NCBI GenBank assembly: GCA_038211475.1
Contig: JBBQVN010000005.1
Coordinates: forward strand, 4,863-68,862
Reading direction: 5' to 3'
From: Terriglobales bacterium
GTDB taxonomy: Bacteria; Acidobacteriota; Terriglobia; Terriglobales; Acidobacteriaceae
Length of the DNA: 64,000 nucleotides
A program made the position numbers and the translations under genes. The first letter of the stretch is position 1; the number at the start of each line of letters is the position of its first letter. The notes below the pieces were generated by a model. That model made no database searches and was not told the DNA's origin. It saw only the letters and a list, made by a program, of their open reading frames with translations. Positions 17,286 through 27,883 of the stretch are shown in pieces.

Positions 17286-20200
17286 ATGAGCGGAGTCACA
17301 AGGGCGGCGTGCTTCGTCGTTCTGGTTCTGGCAGGCCTAAACGTCGCGGCGCAGCAAATCACGGGCAGCATTCGCGGAATAGTTGCGGACCCCACCGGGG
17401 CCTCGGTGCAGGGCGCGTCCGTAAGCGCCAAGCAAACAGAAACCGGTCTAATCCGTACCGCCATCACCGATCGTTCCGGAGATTATGTGCTGTTGGAACT
17501 GCCGGTCGGTCATTACCGGCTGCAAGTTGAGGCGATGGGTTTCCACACATATATCCAGCAGGGAATCATCCTGAACGTAAACGCAACGGCAACCATTTCT
17601 GTTCGTCTCGCAGTGGGCGCCGAGACACAGCAGGTCAAGGTGCAAGCCGATGCTCAATTAATCCAAGGAACGGTGACCAGTCTGGGCAAGACAGTCTCGG
17701 AGCGCGAAGTTCTTGACCTGCCTCTGGACGGGCGCAACTTCACTCAGCTTGGGCTGCTGCAGCCCGGAGTCGTACCCCTGACTCCTGGTTTAGCTGAAGC
17801 GGGAGGGTCACTGCGCGCGGGCCAGGCATATGCGGTGAATGGACAGCGTCCCGAGTCGAACAACTTCCTGATCGACGGAGCCAACAATTTCAACGGTGTG
17901 GACGGAGGCTTTGTTCTGAAGCCGCCGGTGGACGCCATCACCGAGTTCAGGATCCTTACCCACAACGCCAACGCCGAATTTGGCAATAGCCTGGGCTCGA
18001 CTACCAATGTCATCACCCGCTCCGGCACAAACCGATATCACGGAGCACTGTGGGAATTCTTGCGGAATGACGTTTTCGACGCGACCAACTACTTTGCCAA
18101 AAACACTGAGCCTCTGAAGCAGAATCAATTCGGCGGGACCTTCGGCGGCCCCATCCGCAGGGACAAGACTTTCTTCTTCGGATTCTATGAGGGCTTTCGC
18201 AATCGCCAGGGAGAAACCGACTCGTCAACCGTCCCCTCGCTGGCTGAGCGGCAGGGAGATTTTTCAGCGCTCTGCACCGCGCAAGATGGCGGTTTCGTTG
18301 GCGGATTTTGCCAAAATCCGAACCACCAATTATTCAATGTTTTCCTGAACCAGCCTTATCCCAATAATCAATTCCCAGTGTCGTCCATCAATCCAGTTTC
18401 CGCGGGTCTATTGAATTTTTTCCCGCTACCGAATAGCGGAACCAACGTCTTTACCTCGACGCAAGTTGTACGCCAGGACACGAATCAGTTCGGGCTGCGC
18501 CTGGATCATTATCTCGCAGTCTCCGACGTTGTGAACTTCCGTTACATGTTCAGTGACGGCAATCAGTTCAATCCCATCCCCACATCGGGAGCGAGCGTGC
18601 CTGGCTTCCCCGTCGGGCAGGAGCAGCGGGCGCAGAATTTTGTAGCCCAAGAGACCCATAGCTTCTCTCCAGCCATGATCGGGGTCTTCCGTTTCTCGTT
18701 CTTGCGAAATAAATTTCTTTACGGCGAACGTACCAACCACACTGCGCCCGCCAGCCTGGGCTTCAATTATCAACCCAGCTTAGGCGCGGCCATCGGTCCT
18801 CCCTTCATCCAGGTCAACGGTTATACAACCATCGGAGATCCGATAACTGGACCGCGCAACACTTATGAAAATGCTTATGACTATTCCGGCTCCTTGAGCT
18901 GGGTCCGGGGGCGGAACGATGTAAAACTTGGGGGCGGATACTCGCACCTGCACGTCAACGTACTGCAAGGCATTGCTACCAATGGCTTCTTTGTTTTCGT
19001 ACCTTTCCCGATCGTCCCCGACGCATTCGCGACGTTCCTGTTTGGCCAGCCGATTTTCTTTCTCCAGGGCCGCGGAGATTTTTCACGCGGAATCAACGGG
19101 AAATCATTCAATTCGTACGTGCAGGACACCTACAAAGTTACGCCGCGCCTGACTGTGAATCTCGGCTTGCGTTACGAATTGCCCTCACCTTACACCGAGA
19201 TTCACAACCGGCAAACCCTTTTCATTCCCGGCAGGCAATCCACGGTTGTACCCAATGCGCCTGCGGGACTGCTTTATCCCGGCGACCGTGGCGTGCCCAG
19301 TGGTCTGATCCCAACTTTCAAGAAAGCCTTTGCGCCTCGCGTCGGCGTCGCATGGGACCCGACCGGAAGCGCGAAGTGGTTGGTGACTTCCGCTTACGGG
19401 ATTTTTTACGAGCCGTACTACACGGGCCAGGGTGGTCCGCTGCAATCGCCGATCAGCGCGCCTCCGTATTTGCAGACCGAGCAAATCAGCGTCCCCAATT
19501 TTTCAGACCCATACAACGGCGCCCCTCCTCCGGCGGGTTCGTTCGCCACCCCGCTGACCAACTTGACGCTCACTCCGAACCTGCCTTTGCCCTACTCGCA
19601 GGATTGGGACCTGACCATCCAAAGATCATTCGGCTCCGATCTACTGTTTGAGGTCGGATATGTGGGAACCAAGGGCACCAAGTTGCCACGCTTCATCGAA
19701 GGGAACCCGACTGTCTACGTGCCGGGATTTGACAGCAGCGGTCAACCCTTGTCTACTTCGGGCAATGCGGACCAGCGGCGGCTCTATTCCGGCTGCACTC
19801 TGAATGATCCGCCAAGCAAGTGCATTTACTCATCGTCCGGGTTGATCGCGGGCATTGCTAACTCCTCCTACAACTCCCTGCAGACCAGCCTGAAAAAGCG
19901 ATTCAGCCATGGAATCTCTTTTCTTGCTTCGTATACGTTCTCGAAGTCAATTGATGATGCGTCTTCGTTCAATCTGACAGGTTCGGCGTCGAAGCCCGTT
20001 GCTGGAGAGAACGACCTGGCGCAGAACCCCTTCAACCTCGCTGCAGAACGTGGCCGGTCGCTCTTTGATGCCCGTCACCGGTTCGTATTTAGCTACCAGT
20101 GGAGCCTCCCTTTCTGGAGGCAGCCTCAGGGCTGGTACCAACAGGTGCTTGGCGGCTGGCAGTTGAATGGAATCGCGACCCTTATGAGCGGAACTCCGTT

Positions 20201-20630
20201 CACCGTCTTCGATTCCAATGATGTTTCCCAGCAGGGCGGAGCGCCGGAAGTTACAGGATTTTCTGCGAACCGACCGAATCTCGTGCCCGGGCAAAATCCG
20301 AACGCCGGACCACACCGCACCAGTTCCTGGCTTAACTCCAACGCGTTCTCGCGCATCATCCCCGACCCGAATTCCGCCGTGCAACAATTCGGCACCGCCG
20401 GACGAAATATCGCGCGAGGGCCGGGCTATGGAAACTGGGATTTCTCAGCGTTCAAAAACATACATGTGACCGAGAGTAAGGAGTTTCAGTTCCGCGCCGA
20501 ATTTTTCAACATTCTCAACCATCCGAATTTTCGGCTTCCCGATAGCGACATCAGTTCGCCAACGTTCAATCAGATTCTGGCGGCTCAGTCACCGCGGTTG
20601 ATCCAGTTGGCGCTAAAGTTTCTCTTTTGA
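17286..20630 (+). CDS. TonB-dependent receptor-like outer-membrane protein with N-terminal carboxypeptidase-regulatory-like domain
   Basis: 1114 aa. Signal peptide, then ITGSIRGIVADPTGASVQGASVSAKQTETG…YRLQVEAMGF (CarboxypepD_reg). A plug-like region follows (LDLPLDGRNFTQLGLLQPGV), and the C-terminus is beta-barrel-like, ending …LALKFLF. Confidence 0.9.
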   Translation: MSGVTRAACFVVLVLAGLNVAAQQITGSIRGIVADPTGASVQGASVSAKQTETGLIRTAITDRSGDYVLLELPVGHYRLQVEAMGFHTYIQQGIILNVNATATISVRLAVGAETQQVKVQADAQLIQGTVTSLGKTVSEREVLDLPLDGRNFTQLGLLQPGVVPLTPGLAEAGGSLRAGQAYAVNGQRPESNNFLIDGANNFNGVDGGFVLKPPVDAITEFRILTHNANAEFGNSLGSTTNVITRSGTNRYHGALWEFLRNDVFDATNYFAKNTEPLKQNQFGGTFGGPIRRDKTFFFGFYEGFRNRQGETDSSTVPSLAERQGDFSALCTAQDGGFVGGFCQNPNHQLFNVFLNQPYPNNQFPVSSINPVSAGLLNFFPLPNSGTNVFTSTQVVRQDTNQFGLRLDHYLAVSDVVNFRYMFSDGNQFNPIPTSGASVPGFPVGQEQRAQNFVAQETHSFSPAMIGVFRFSFLRNKFLYGERTNHTAPASLGFNYQPSLGAAIGPPFIQVNGYTTIGDPITGPRNTYENAYDYSGSLSWVRGRNDVKLGGGYSHLHVNVLQGIATNGFFVFVPFPIVPDAFATFLFGQPIFFLQGRGDFSRGINGKSFNSYVQDTYKVTPRLTVNLGLRYELPSPYTEIHNRQTLFIPGRQSTVVPNAPAGLLYPGDRGVPSGLIPTFKKAFAPRVGVAWDPTGSAKWLVTSAYGIFYEPYYTGQGGPLQSPISAPPYLQTEQISVPNFSDPYNGAPPPAGSFATPLTNLTLTPNLPLPYSQDWDLTIQRSFGSDLLFEVGYVGTKGTKLPRFIEGNPTVYVPGFDSSGQPLSTSGNADQRRLYSGCTLNDPPSKCIYSSSGLIAGIANSSYNSLQTSLKKRFSHGISFLASYTFSKSIDDASSFNLTGSASKPVAGENDLAQNPFNLAAERGRSLFDARHRFVFSYQWSLPFWRQPQGWYQQVLGGWQLNGIATLMSGTPFTVFDSNDVSQQGGAPEVTGFSANRPNLVPGQNPNAGPHRTSSWLNSNAFSRIIPDPNSAVQQFGTAGRNIARGPGYGNWDFSAFKNIHVTESKEFQFRAEFFNILNHPNFRLPDSDISSPTFNQILAAQSPRLIQLALKFLF

Positions 20631-21096
20631 GAAAACACGGGCAGCCAGCTTGAGGTATAGGAAAACAAAAATTAGTTCATGGGGACAAGTGTCCGCTATC
20701 GTGCCGGAAGCCAGCAAGCCCGGTGGCAATCGCACTTCGTTTGGAAATTCGGGGCCGGGGGGCGATCGTAAAACGAAGCTTGCGGTTTGTTACCCGTCTT
20801 AGAGAAATTATGGAATGGACCCGTTTGGGCAGAGCTTTGGAATTGATTCAGGGAAAGAGGGCATCGGCAGTTCAGTTAGGCTAGCCTGCTATGACCCTAA
20901 TTAGGGAAACCGTCGGACCGAGTACACCCGCTGATTTTTACTGTCCACCAGCGGATCAACATTGAAGGATTTCTTTAGGGTCTAACGGACTGGCTGCTCG
21001 GAAAATAGAGATGTGGGTTCTTTCCCAGAACCGATCTGCGGCGCCTACGCCCTATTATCGTTCCGGAGGAGGCGCCAGTCAGCCATCACACACCGG

Positions 21097-22782
21097 TTAT
21101 TTATTACCCAGCAACCCGAATGCGACCACGCTGTTCGTCGTGCCTATGTAGACTTTGCCGTTGACGATCATTGGCGTCGCAAAATGCGCCGCCGTGCCGA
21201 AGTTGTCGCGGGATCCCGAGGCCTGGTTTGAGTTATAGAGCTCACGGGAAATATTGGAGGCGTTATAGGCGTGCAGGACAGACGTATTTTGGTGCTCGAT
21301 GGCCCACACGATGCCATCGCCGCCTCCATTGGCAGAGACGCCGGGCGTGGTACCGGGATAGGTGAACGAGGTCGCACTTTGGTAGAGCGGCGTAGTGGAG
21401 AGCTTAGCATTGGTGAATTTGAACTGCATGAGCTTGCTGCTCTGCGGTCCGAAATAGACGTAATGGCTGAAATAGGCGGGCACGGACCAGCAGCCCGCGC
21501 CCAGTGCGCCATCAATCTCCTGATAGATGCTGTTGCCGCTTGAGTTGAACTTTCCCATGTTGTTGCGGTCTACGATGTAGATGTTTCCATCTTTTCCCGC
21601 CCCGATCGCAAGGAGGTGGCTGACGCCGCCGGAGTCTACCTGGGGCAAAGGTATAATCGCTCCTCCCGAGCCTAGATCCTGGTCGTGATTCGATTGGGAG
21701 ACTGTGTTGAATGTGGCGAAATAGTCTTTCACCGTTAGGCTCGGCGTGAGTTTGAGGAAAGCATTGCCATAGTCTGCCAGAGACGGGAAACCCTTGGAAT
21801 CGAGCGTAGTATCAAAGGTGCCGTTTGCGTCGAGGAAGAAGATGTTCGAGCCATCGGAGGCCAGGCCGCCCCCGGACTGCCAAATAGCGCCTTCGCTGCC
21901 GTTGGGCGTTACATTCAACACGTAAGTCTGCGCGAGTGTGCTCTCGTCATAGGCCATAACCCATCCGGTATAGGGCTGAATGTCGCAGTGCGAGGTCCAA
22001 GCTAGATAGATATTGCCGTTGAGCAGCAACAGCCCCGCACGTTCAGCATATTGCTTCGGATCGAAGGTGACGGAGCCAAGCCGACTCCCCGCTCCGCGCC
22101 CTGAAAAGGAGGCGGTGACTGTGACCGGCCCGCCGAACTCTTCCGCGCCCGTGGTCACGTCCAGGGCATGTAGGCGCTGATAATAGTTGCCGAGAGAATC
22201 TTTGCTCATCGCAACCACGTAAATTGTTCCGTGCGGGCCCTTGGCACGATCAATTACGGGAGTCGAGGTGATACCGATGGTAGGGCCGATCTGGCCACAC
22301 TTGCGGGTGTCCGAGGCGCTTTCGCCCGAGAGCAGGGCTGGCGTCTTCCACAGTTGCGTGCCGTTGTCAGCGTCAAAAGCATAAACACTGTCATTCTCGG
22401 TTACTGCGAACAGCACATTGTGGGTGTCGCCCGCGATTGTAAGGCCAGAAAGATAGAGCGGCTCTCCATCCACCGTGCTGTCGACGGGCATGGTGAAAAG
22501 CTTGCCGAATTGAGTGGAATTCACCTTGGGCTGGGTGAGAACGGTCTCCGCCAGGTTCTGGCCCGTACGGTTCACACTGTTATGAAACGTCGTGACATCG
22601 GTAGCAAAGGCGGAATTCGCGGCAAGCAAGATATACCCGGTGAACAGCAAGCTCAGGCTCTTCACAAAATCACCCCCGGCTCGAACTTTTGCGAATGGGA
22701 GGCTCTGGCTTCGAGGTGGTGCGACTCCAAGCGCATCCACTCGAAATCCGGCGTCCATTTCGCCCCTAAAAATCTCACTCAC
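21097..22782 (-). CDS. secreted PQQ-like/BamB-like beta-propeller repeat protein
   Basis: 561-aa ORF. A signal-like segment (SLSLLFTGYILLAANSAFA) is followed by DSVYAFDADNGTQLWKT-type propeller repeats. The start is uncertain (an internal GTG/ATG is possible). Confidence 0.78.
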   Translation of the reverse strand: MSEIFRGEMDAGFRVDALGVAPPRSQSLPFAKVRAGGDFVKSLSLLFTGYILLAANSAFATDVTTFHNSVNRTGQNLAETVLTQPKVNSTQFGKLFTMPVDSTVDGEPLYLSGLTIAGDTHNVLFAVTENDSVYAFDADNGTQLWKTPALLSGESASDTRKCGQIGPTIGITSTPVIDRAKGPHGTIYVVAMSKDSLGNYYQRLHALDVTTGAEEFGGPVTVTASFSGRGAGSRLGSVTFDPKQYAERAGLLLLNGNIYLAWTSHCDIQPYTGWVMAYDESTLAQTYVLNVTPNGSEGAIWQSGGGLASDGSNIFFLDANGTFDTTLDSKGFPSLADYGNAFLKLTPSLTVKDYFATFNTVSQSNHDQDLGSGGAIIPLPQVDSGGVSHLLAIGAGKDGNIYIVDRNNMGKFNSSGNSIYQEIDGALGAGCWSVPAYFSHYVYFGPQSSKLMQFKFTNAKLSTTPLYQSATSFTYPGTTPGVSANGGGDGIVWAIEHQNTSVLHAYNASNISRELYNSNQASGSRDNFGTAAHFATPMIVNGKVYIGTTNSVVAFGLLGNK

Positions 22783-23378
22783 TATACCGTAGGGCGGTTT
22801 TTTGGGTCAACAAAATTGAGCCGCTAACTTAGGTCGGTAGTGTCCTAATTTGAAACCCTCAAACATTGATGCAGATTGAAGTGTGCTGCGAATCCACTCT
22901 GAAACCGTCTTGTCGCTGGCCTTGGCTGGACCGTTCCTGTGGCGGGCACTTCGGAGAGATGGTGCGCTCGTCCCAAATTTCCGCCATTCTGCACAGGTTG
23001 GCGACTTTGCGGCCCACTGTCAGGTCATAGGAGAAATAATACCGTGCGACTATCGAGGAAACATTTGCCAGACTTGTCGAGATTACCAAATGTCAAGAGA
23101 TCATAAATTGATGAGGAGTCTTTTCCTCGGTTTCTTGCCGTACTGCAAGCCCTATGAAAGTCAAATGGTTCGACGCATCGTCGCTTTTGTGTTCGCGTTG
23201 CATTCGCCAAATGCCAGTGGGTGAAACCGGGCTGCCGATTTGACCTGCAGAGAAACGGTCATGAAAGCTTGGTCCGGGCGCATCGGCACGACACTTCTCC
23301 AGTCCGGTTCATCACAAAAAATGCGGAATTGCGCCGATTTCCAGCGAAGCTCCGTCCCCGACACACTGTGTAGTTTGA

Positions 23379-23740
23379 CTAACGAGGATCCGCTTCGGCT
23401 TTTTTCTCGTCCAAGTGCAGGAAGTCGGCTGGACGAAGACCGAACCCGAGAGAAGACGCTTCTTGTCTCCAGAGCGCAGCCCGAACTGGCTCAGGCATCG
23501 CCGATTTGACCTCCGATGGCAACTGAGTAAGGCGATTGATCAGTGCCATCGCAACTTGGCCCCAAGTCAGGCCCGTAACCTCGCTTAGGTTCACCTCTTG
23601 CATTCGAGCTCTTTCCGGAGACGCTGAGCCTAGGTCCGCCCCGTGTACTACAGCCCCGCGGTCTGCATTCTCCAGGAAGGCACTTTTGAAGATGGCCCCA
23701 CGAAGGTCAGCGCTGCGCAGGAGCACTCCTTCGAGGTGGG
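23379..23740 (-). pseudogene. 5'-truncated pentapeptide-repeat protein gene
   Basis: Consecutive A(D/N)LxX pentads: LEGVLLRSADLRGAIFKSAFLENADRGAVVHGADLGSA…EVNLSEVTGLTWGQV. There is no credible start. The first ~45 codons of track ORF 23379..23867 are simply antisense to the adjacent transposase remnant. Confidence 0.5.
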
Positions 23741-23748
23741 ACTCGCCA

Positions 23749-24020
23749 GGCGGCAGCGAGTTCGCCGCCGAGTTCGAACAAGCCTGCCAGCAACGCGGAC
23801 TGCTGCTGTTCGTCCTGCCGCCCCGCTCCCCCAAACTCAATGGCGCGGTCGAACGCGCTAACCGCACTCACATCTAGGAGTTCTACCAGGTCCTATTCGC
23901 TGCGCCTCAACACCCTCAACCGCGAGCCCTCGGCTACTTAACTCCCCAGCAATTCCTCGATCTCAACCCATCCCAACGAAAGGGATGAAATGTGTCACTC
24001 ATCCACTGGACGAGTACAAA
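23749..24020 (+). mobile_element. degenerate C-terminal remnant of an IS481-like (rve/DDE integrase) transposase
   Basis: GGSEFAAEFEQACQQRGLLLFVLPPRSPKLNGAVERANRTHI*EFYQV… is followed, after frame changes and a deletion, by RALGYLTPQQFL and …KCVTHPLDEYK. It has an in-frame TAG at 23875, no N-terminal or DDE core, and no detectable terminal inverted repeats. Confidence 0.65.
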
Positions 24021-24073
24021 CTTGTGACTGTCCGGGCACAATCGGGTAAGATTCAACTCTCCGTCTGGAGCGA

Positions 24074-25600
24074 TTGGTGCCGACACCTAAACCACACGCG
24101 GCGAGCCGCATCGGTGAGCACCCGTGGGGGGCGCGCTCGATTGGTTTGGTGGCGCTGTTTGTGGTCATCGGGACCGGGCTGGGGCTGTTCCTGAAGTTTG
24201 CCGAAGAGGTCTCGGACTACGGGTATCCGGTGGCGATCGGGCTGCTGGTCATGGGGCCGGTGGGCGTCATGATCCTGGTGCGGGCGATTCGGCAGGGGCT
24301 GGTGCTGGCCGGCAAGCTGCGGAAGAACTGGACGTGGTGGCATCCGCTGTGGTTCCTGATGTTCTTCAGCATGCTGGTGTTCCGCACCCGGGGGGTGCAG
24401 GAACTGAACGCGAATCCGCTGGACCCGGCGGGCCTGGCGCGCGTGATTTCAGAAGGCGTGGTGGACATCATCCTGGTATTGCGACTGGTGACGCGCAAGC
24501 CCTTCTGGTTGCCGGCCATGTTTCGCGGCGTAGTGGGCGCGATGGGCTTTTTCGCACTGACGAACGTGGTTTCGACGGCATGGGCCTACGTTCCGCTGTG
24601 GACGGCCTACCGCTCGATCGAGTTTTTCTTCGACGTCGCACTGCTGGCGGCGATCGTGGCCGGAGCCGAATCGTGGATCACGTTTGAAAACCTGCTGAAC
24701 TGGACCATCACGTTCTACGGAATGTCGATGGCAACGGTGTGGATAGGCATGATCCTGAGCCCGACGCAAGCCTTCGATGGCGGGGGCGGAGGACGGCTGC
24801 AGGGCATCTTCCCGGAAGAGGCGTCGAACGCCGTGGGGTCGTCAGGGGCGACCATTGCGATTATCGCGCTGTGCCGGCTGTTCCCACTTTCAGGCCGGGT
24901 GCGGAACCGGGCGTGGTACGTGCTGATGCTGCTGTTGGGCATGATTTCGCTGTTGTTGTCGCGGACGCGGAGCGTGGAAGGAGCGCTGGTGCCGGCGGTT
25001 GCGGTGGTCGTGCTGCTGACGCCCCAGTTGCGCAAGATCGGGCTGTGGGGCGCGGCGGTGGGCGGTCCGGTGCTTGCCACCGGGCTGCTGCTTTACGCAG
25101 ACCAGTCGCGGAGCATGACCAATAAATTTCTGACCTACTTCAACCGTGAGCAATCATCGAACGCGATTGAAACCATGAGCGGGCGCACGGACTGGTGGGC
25201 ATTCGGATTCCATAAGCTGGCCGCGCATCCATTGACCGGGCTGGGCGCCTACCAGGGGCGTTTTGCTGTGCTCGACAAATTGGGCGTGGGGTCGTCGGCC
25301 ATGATGCACAGTGACTGGGTGGAAATTGCGATCGGGACCAGTTTCTGGGGAATCATTCCTTTTGCGCTGGCGCTGATCTGGACTTGGTACTACCTGCTGA
25401 GGTGCGCTCGCGATCCGCGCTTCGACGTGGAACAGCGGCAACTTGCGGTTGAACTGATCGGAATCCTCGCCATGCTGACGCCGCACTCGTTCTTCAATAA
25501 TGAGCTGGCCTGGCACATTCCGCTGTTGTACTTCACCATGCTGGGTTTCGCCGAGTGCATCCGGCGAACGTTGCGCGCCCGAAAGGCCCAGAACATTTAA
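24074..25600 (+). CDS. O-antigen ligase / Wzy-type polymerase-like polytopic membrane protein
   Basis: At least 10 hydrophobic segments and a Wzy_C-like loop region (VLMLLLGMISLLLSRTRSVEGALV…). TTG start at 24074, with alternative GTG/TTG starts downstream. The stop overlaps the convergent GT4 stop by 4 nt (TTAA). Confidence 0.8.
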   Translation: MVPTPKPHAASRIGEHPWGARSIGLVALFVVIGTGLGLFLKFAEEVSDYGYPVAIGLLVMGPVGVMILVRAIRQGLVLAGKLRKNWTWWHPLWFLMFFSMLVFRTRGVQELNANPLDPAGLARVISEGVVDIILVLRLVTRKPFWLPAMFRGVVGAMGFFALTNVVSTAWAYVPLWTAYRSIEFFFDVALLAAIVAGAESWITFENLLNWTITFYGMSMATVWIGMILSPTQAFDGGGGGRLQGIFPEEASNAVGSSGATIAIIALCRLFPLSGRVRNRAWYVLMLLLGMISLLLSRTRSVEGALVPAVAVVVLLTPQLRKIGLWGAAVGGPVLATGLLLYADQSRSMTNKFLTYFNREQSSNAIETMSGRTDWWAFGFHKLAAHPLTGLGAYQGRFAVLDKLGVGSSAMMHSDWVEIAIGTSFWGIIPFALALIWTWYYLLRCARDPRFDVEQRQLAVELIGILAMLTPHSFFNNELAWHIPLLYFTMLGFAECIRRTLRARKAQNI

Positions 25601-26793
25601 GAAGCGTTGAAGGGCCGACGTTCTGCACCCGCCGAAATTGCTTCCCGATAAATGCTCATGAGTGCGCGGTAGTTGGTGGCATCGCTGAAATGCGTCTCGT
25701 AGACGCGACGCGCGGCAGCACCCATCTCGGCCATGCGATCGCCATGGGCCACGGCCCAGGAGACCTTTTCCGCCAGATCGTCGGGGTCCCCTGCCTGGAA
25801 GTGGAGACCGGTGACGCCATCTTCAATGACCTCAGCCATGGTGCCGAGACGGCTGGCGATGACGGGCAAACCATTCGAAAAGGCCTCGGCGATCACCATG
25901 GGGAAGCCCTCGATATATTCGGACGGCATGACGAGGAAGCGTGCCAGTCTCATCGCGGGCCCGACCTCGGTATGAGGCCTATGCCCCCGCAGACTGACCC
26001 GCCGACCGAGGTCGGGGGAGAGAGAAAGTTGCAAGGGTCCTCCGCCAAGGATGCTGAGCGGATAATCGATGCGCTCCCATGCTGTGACGAGGGTTTGCAG
26101 TCCTTTTTCAGGGCTTAGCCGCCCTACGAATAACGCTCCGTGGCGGGAACTGGCAGGCGGGGGGCCGGGATCAAACATGAAGTTGGGTTTGACCACGATG
26201 CGCTCTGGCGGCAGTCCGGCGGCGATGAACTTGCGACGAGACGATTCGGACAAGGCAATAAAACACCCCACGCGATGTTGCAGAGTTCCCGCACGGCGCT
26301 GAAGATGGAGTGCGCGAGCAGTGATGAGTGAGCCGGCGAAGGAGTCGCGGTAGCACCGATGCCAGGCGCCCCAGTAGGAAGATCCGCCGACACACAGTTC
26401 GCAAATGCGGCCGTTCCGGAATAGGTAGGCATTGATGCAGCAGACAGACCGGAAATCGTGCAGGGTTTGTACGATGGGCACGCCGGCTTCCGCCGCGGCA
26501 TCGTACGCGGACACGGTAATCCGCGGAAACAGATTGTGGCAGTGCATGACATGGGGCCGAAACCCAGCGATATGCCGGGCTAGTTGGGCCTTCGATTCCC
26601 GGCTGTAGGTCAGGTTCAGGGCGGTGTGGATATAGCTGCCAACACCGGTCAAATCCTTGTTGTGCACCGCATACGAGGACACTTCGTGACCCTTGGCTGA
26701 GAGCAGGGATGACTCGTTGGCAACCACGACGTCGTCACCACCGAAGCCGATGTAATGATTCTGGACAATGAGAATGCGCAAGGAGTCAGACAT
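25597..26793 (-). CDS. GT4-family glycosyltransferase
   Basis: The N-terminal GT4 domain is followed by Glycos_transf_1 with EX7E (SEYIEGFPMVIAEAFSNGLPVIASRLG). The start ATG abuts the upstream stop (TAGATG at 26791-26796). Confidence 0.92.
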   Translation of the reverse strand: MSDSLRILIVQNHYIGFGGDDVVVANESSLLSAKGHEVSSYAVHNKDLTGVGSYIHTALNLTYSRESKAQLARHIAGFRPHVMHCHNLFPRITVSAYDAAAEAGVPIVQTLHDFRSVCCINAYLFRNGRICELCVGGSSYWGAWHRCYRDSFAGSLITARALHLQRRAGTLQHRVGCFIALSESSRRKFIAAGLPPERIVVKPNFMFDPGPPPASSRHGALFVGRLSPEKGLQTLVTAWERIDYPLSILGGGPLQLSLSPDLGRRVSLRGHRPHTEVGPAMRLARFLVMPSEYIEGFPMVIAEAFSNGLPVIASRLGTMAEVIEDGVTGLHFQAGDPDDLAEKVSWAVAHGDRMAEMGAAARRVYETHFSDATNYRALMSIYREAISAGAERRPFNAS

Positions 26794-27876
26794 CTAGGGC
26801 CGCGTTATCGCCGGGCGGTCGGAAGCTCCGCGGTTCGTGGCAGCGCGCTGACCTTGCTCTTCGCCGATGAGTTCGCTCAGACCTTGATCGAGGGAAAACT
26901 TGGGGCTGAAATCGAGGAGCGCAACCGCATTCTGAATGTCGTAGAGCGGACCTCCGAGCAGAATGGACCCGTGGCTGGACCGTGCTCGGTAAGCTCCGAA
27001 ACGCGAGTCGAGCGGCGCTGGCCCAGAGTTCGCAGCAGCCCTGCGCAAGGACATCGCTGCGCGAAGAACAAATTCCGGAATCGGCACCTTCACGCCGCGC
27101 GCTTTCTTGCCGGCGAGCCTGGAGTAGATTGACGCCAGCTCCGGTAACGATGTTCCGCGGCTGGATGCAAGGTTGAAGATGGCGCCATCCATGTTTGGGC
27201 GTTCGCCGGCAGCGCAAAGCCCCTCAACGACATCCGAGACGTGGACGAGGCTGAAGCTGCGGCCCCGCAGCCCGGCAACCGGAAGAAGCGGTAATTGGGC
27301 GAGTCGCAGCAGTTTTTTCGAGTATCCGGTGCGGTCGAAGGTGCCGAAGATCTGGCACGGCCGCGCGATTACGAGTTCCAGCCGTCCGCGACAGATTTCG
27401 GTTGCGACGATTTCGGCCATTGCCTTACTCCGGCCATAGGTGGTCTCGCCGCCAATGGGGTCAGCGTGAGATACCACGTCGGGTAGTGGCGCTTTGTAAA
27501 CCGCGACCGAACTTACCAAGACGAGCCGCCGCACTCTGGAGCGCACGCAGGCCTGTGCGACGTTGCGGGTTCCGTTCACATTGGTGTCCCACATGGGAAT
27601 GTCGCTGCCGGCCCCCGGGACCATCGCGGCCGCGTGATAGACGGTTTCTACGCCGGCCATGGCCGCTTCGAGCAAAGGCTCATCTTTGATGTCGCCCTGG
27701 GAGTGGTCGACGTAGGTGTGCTCGACGTGATTGTGCACGACGGGGTTTTCGACCTGGGGCGAGAGGTCACCTCGGCGGGCGCGGGAGAAAGTCCGCACGG
27801 AACGGCCTTGTAGCAGCAGCCGCTGCACGAGGTGGCGCCCCAGGAACCCAGACGCTCCGGTGACGAGGTTAGTCAT
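26794..27876 (-). CDS. NAD-dependent epimerase/dehydratase (extended SDR)
   Basis: MTNLVTGASGFLGRHLV (GxxGxxG) and catalytic YGRSKAMAE (YxxxK). I chose the internal ATG at 27876, 7 nt after the upstream stop. Confidence 0.9.
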   Translation of the reverse strand: MTNLVTGASGFLGRHLVQRLLLQGRSVRTFSRARRGDLSPQVENPVVHNHVEHTYVDHSQGDIKDEPLLEAAMAGVETVYHAAAMVPGAGSDIPMWDTNVNGTRNVAQACVRSRVRRLVLVSSVAVYKAPLPDVVSHADPIGGETTYGRSKAMAEIVATEICRGRLELVIARPCQIFGTFDRTGYSKKLLRLAQLPLLPVAGLRGRSFSLVHVSDVVEGLCAAGERPNMDGAIFNLASSRGTSLPELASIYSRLAGKKARGVKVPIPEFVLRAAMSLRRAAANSGPAPLDSRFGAYRARSSHGSILLGGPLYDIQNAVALLDFSPKFSLDQGLSELIGEEQGQRAATNRGASDRPAITRP

Positions 27877-27883
27877 GGGGCTT

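Noticed and set aside
20631-21096. The 466-bp intergenic region was checked for tmRNA, SRP RNA, RNase P or a riboswitch. A GGGGCCGGGGGG run at ~20751 superficially recalls a tmRNA 5' end.
   Set aside because: There is no tRNA-like 3' end (no GGTTCGA…CCA), no tag ORF, and no conserved SRP or RNase P core motifs. Only a weak 6-bp hairpin was seen (~20930-20960).
22859-23378. Lower-GC stretch with several short overlapping ORFs (22859..23089 -, 22883..23224 +, 23025..23210 -, 23161..23364 -).
   Set aside because: None has a recognisable motif or RBS. This is probably further decayed sequence at the edge of the accessory region, but I cannot assign an origin.
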